The notes under the pieces were generated by a model, which was not told the DNA's origin, made no database searches, and worked only from the letters and a program-made list of their open reading frames with translations. This document shows positions 63,015 to 64,000 of a stretch of 64,000 bases of DNA, piece after piece. Source of the DNA: Takakia lepidozioides (taxonomy: Eukaryota; Plantae; Bryophyta); contig CM060732.1 in the NCBI GenBank assembly GCA_030704615.1, forward strand, positions 64,418,001 through 64,482,000. The letters are read 5' to 3'. A program made the position numbers and the translations under genes. Within the stretch, counting starts at the first letter, position 1, and every line of letters begins with the position of its first letter.

Positions 63015-63776
63015 CTATGCTATCAACTGCCAGACTTCTCTCAAAGTGCCTCGCTCTGCATGATGGTAAAGTGTAGGAGGTATATCTATGTCCAGAAACC
63101 TGCCACTAACCTTGTCCCAAGCTACAGTAGCTCGCTCTAACCAACCCTCCTCCTCTTTCTGCCAGGTAGAGACAAAGCAATACTCCCCTATCTCCCGCTC
63201 ACTGAACACTAAGGAAAACAAAGGTAGGGTCTGATAGTCTCTCAACTCGAAAGCTTTGAGACGGTTGCGGGTGTCCTCATTGCGAATGACTGCATCTCCT
63301 TCACGTACAACAAACATGTCATTGCTAATGAACCCCCGCTCGTGGTTGCCCTGTGCAGAGCGTATCCGGCTGCAACCATGTCTGATTGCACAAACTAGTG
63401 TAGCTCCTGCTCCTCTGTTCCAGTACACCACGGCCTTATGGCTGAACACCTTGGTCCCCGGGGCTGTCTTTGGCTGTGTTCCAAGCCTAGCTTTCACCCA
63501 CTTTGGTATTTCACCTACAGCTGCAGAACTGCTGGCTCCAACAGAATTCTGACTGTCCAAGGCGATATTGAGGCCCTCAATGCCAACTACAGCAGTCTGT
63601 TGTCTACTGCTAATGCCTGACTCCCAGTATGCAATCAACTCGTCCAACTGTTCTCCACTCAAATCAGTCTGAGTTCCTTGGGAAACATAAATCCTGTCCC
63701 CTTGTGTGCACAGGCTAAGAGAAGAGACCTGCCCTTCAATTACGTCCTCATTTCCCCAGCCATACAAGGAGTACAT
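63015..63776 (-). CDS. 253-aa ORF of unknown function upstream of the retrotransposon leader
   Basis: Uninterrupted ATG-started ORF with protein-like composition, on the same strand as gag. No motif recognised. Confidence 0.4.
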   Translation of the reverse strand: MYSLYGWGNEDVIEGQVSSLSLCTQGDRIYVSQGTQTDLSGEQLDELIAYWESGISSRQQTAVVGIEGLNIALDSQNSVGASSSAAVGEIPKWVKARLGTQPKTAPGTKVFSHKAVVYWNRGAGATLVCAIRHGCSRIRSAQGNHERGFISNDMFVVREGDAVIRNEDTRNRLKAFELRDYQTLPLFSLVFSEREIGEYCFVSTWQKEEEGWLERATVAWDKVSGRFLDIDIPPTLYHHAERGTLREVWQLIA

Positions 63777-64000
63777 CCCCAGATTTATCTCTCATGTAGA
63801 CCAGAACAGGTTCTAGAAACAGGATTGTGGATCTTTCATGGCACACTCACACTCACAAAATTCCATAGATTTCTAGCAGAGTCCCAAAAACAAAAACCAG
63901 ATCTAAATAGGTAGATATCCCCTTTCTGCAGCTATCCCCCCAAAAACTGGGTCAAACAGAGTCCATTTGACAAAGATATGACCAATTTGGCTTTAAATCA

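Overview
Repeat-rich nuclear DNA from a land plant. GT-AG introns, a B3 transcription factor, PLS-type PPR and F-box fragments, and hAT/Mutator/Ty3-Gypsy remnants fit an early-diverging lineage such as a bryophyte; the taxon is an inference. A host-gene island at ~19-39 kb contains a B3-B3-chromo-like gene, a SAM methyltransferase, a DnaJ/DUF3752 gene and an F-box relic, flanked by unusual mobile DNA. (1) 56-63 kb: a Ty3/Gypsy retrotransposon whose polyprotein carries a C5 DNA-cytosine methyltransferase domain between protease and RT, with a truncated sister copy at 10.4-13.6 kb. (2) 40-48 kb: a Mutator-like DDE transposase gene divergent from an intron-containing ParB/Srx-fold gene, separated by helically phased 20-26 bp palindromes, resembling a ParB/parS layout. 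(3) 1-10.4 kb: a multi-gene element with RING-H2 and protein kinase genes, each preceded by an array of GCGACCGCC-N6-GGCGGTCGC palindromes and a TATA-like motif. All mobile-element ORFs are decayed, mostly by Trp/Gln-to-stop transitions. Domain calls come from motif recognition by eye; no searches were run.
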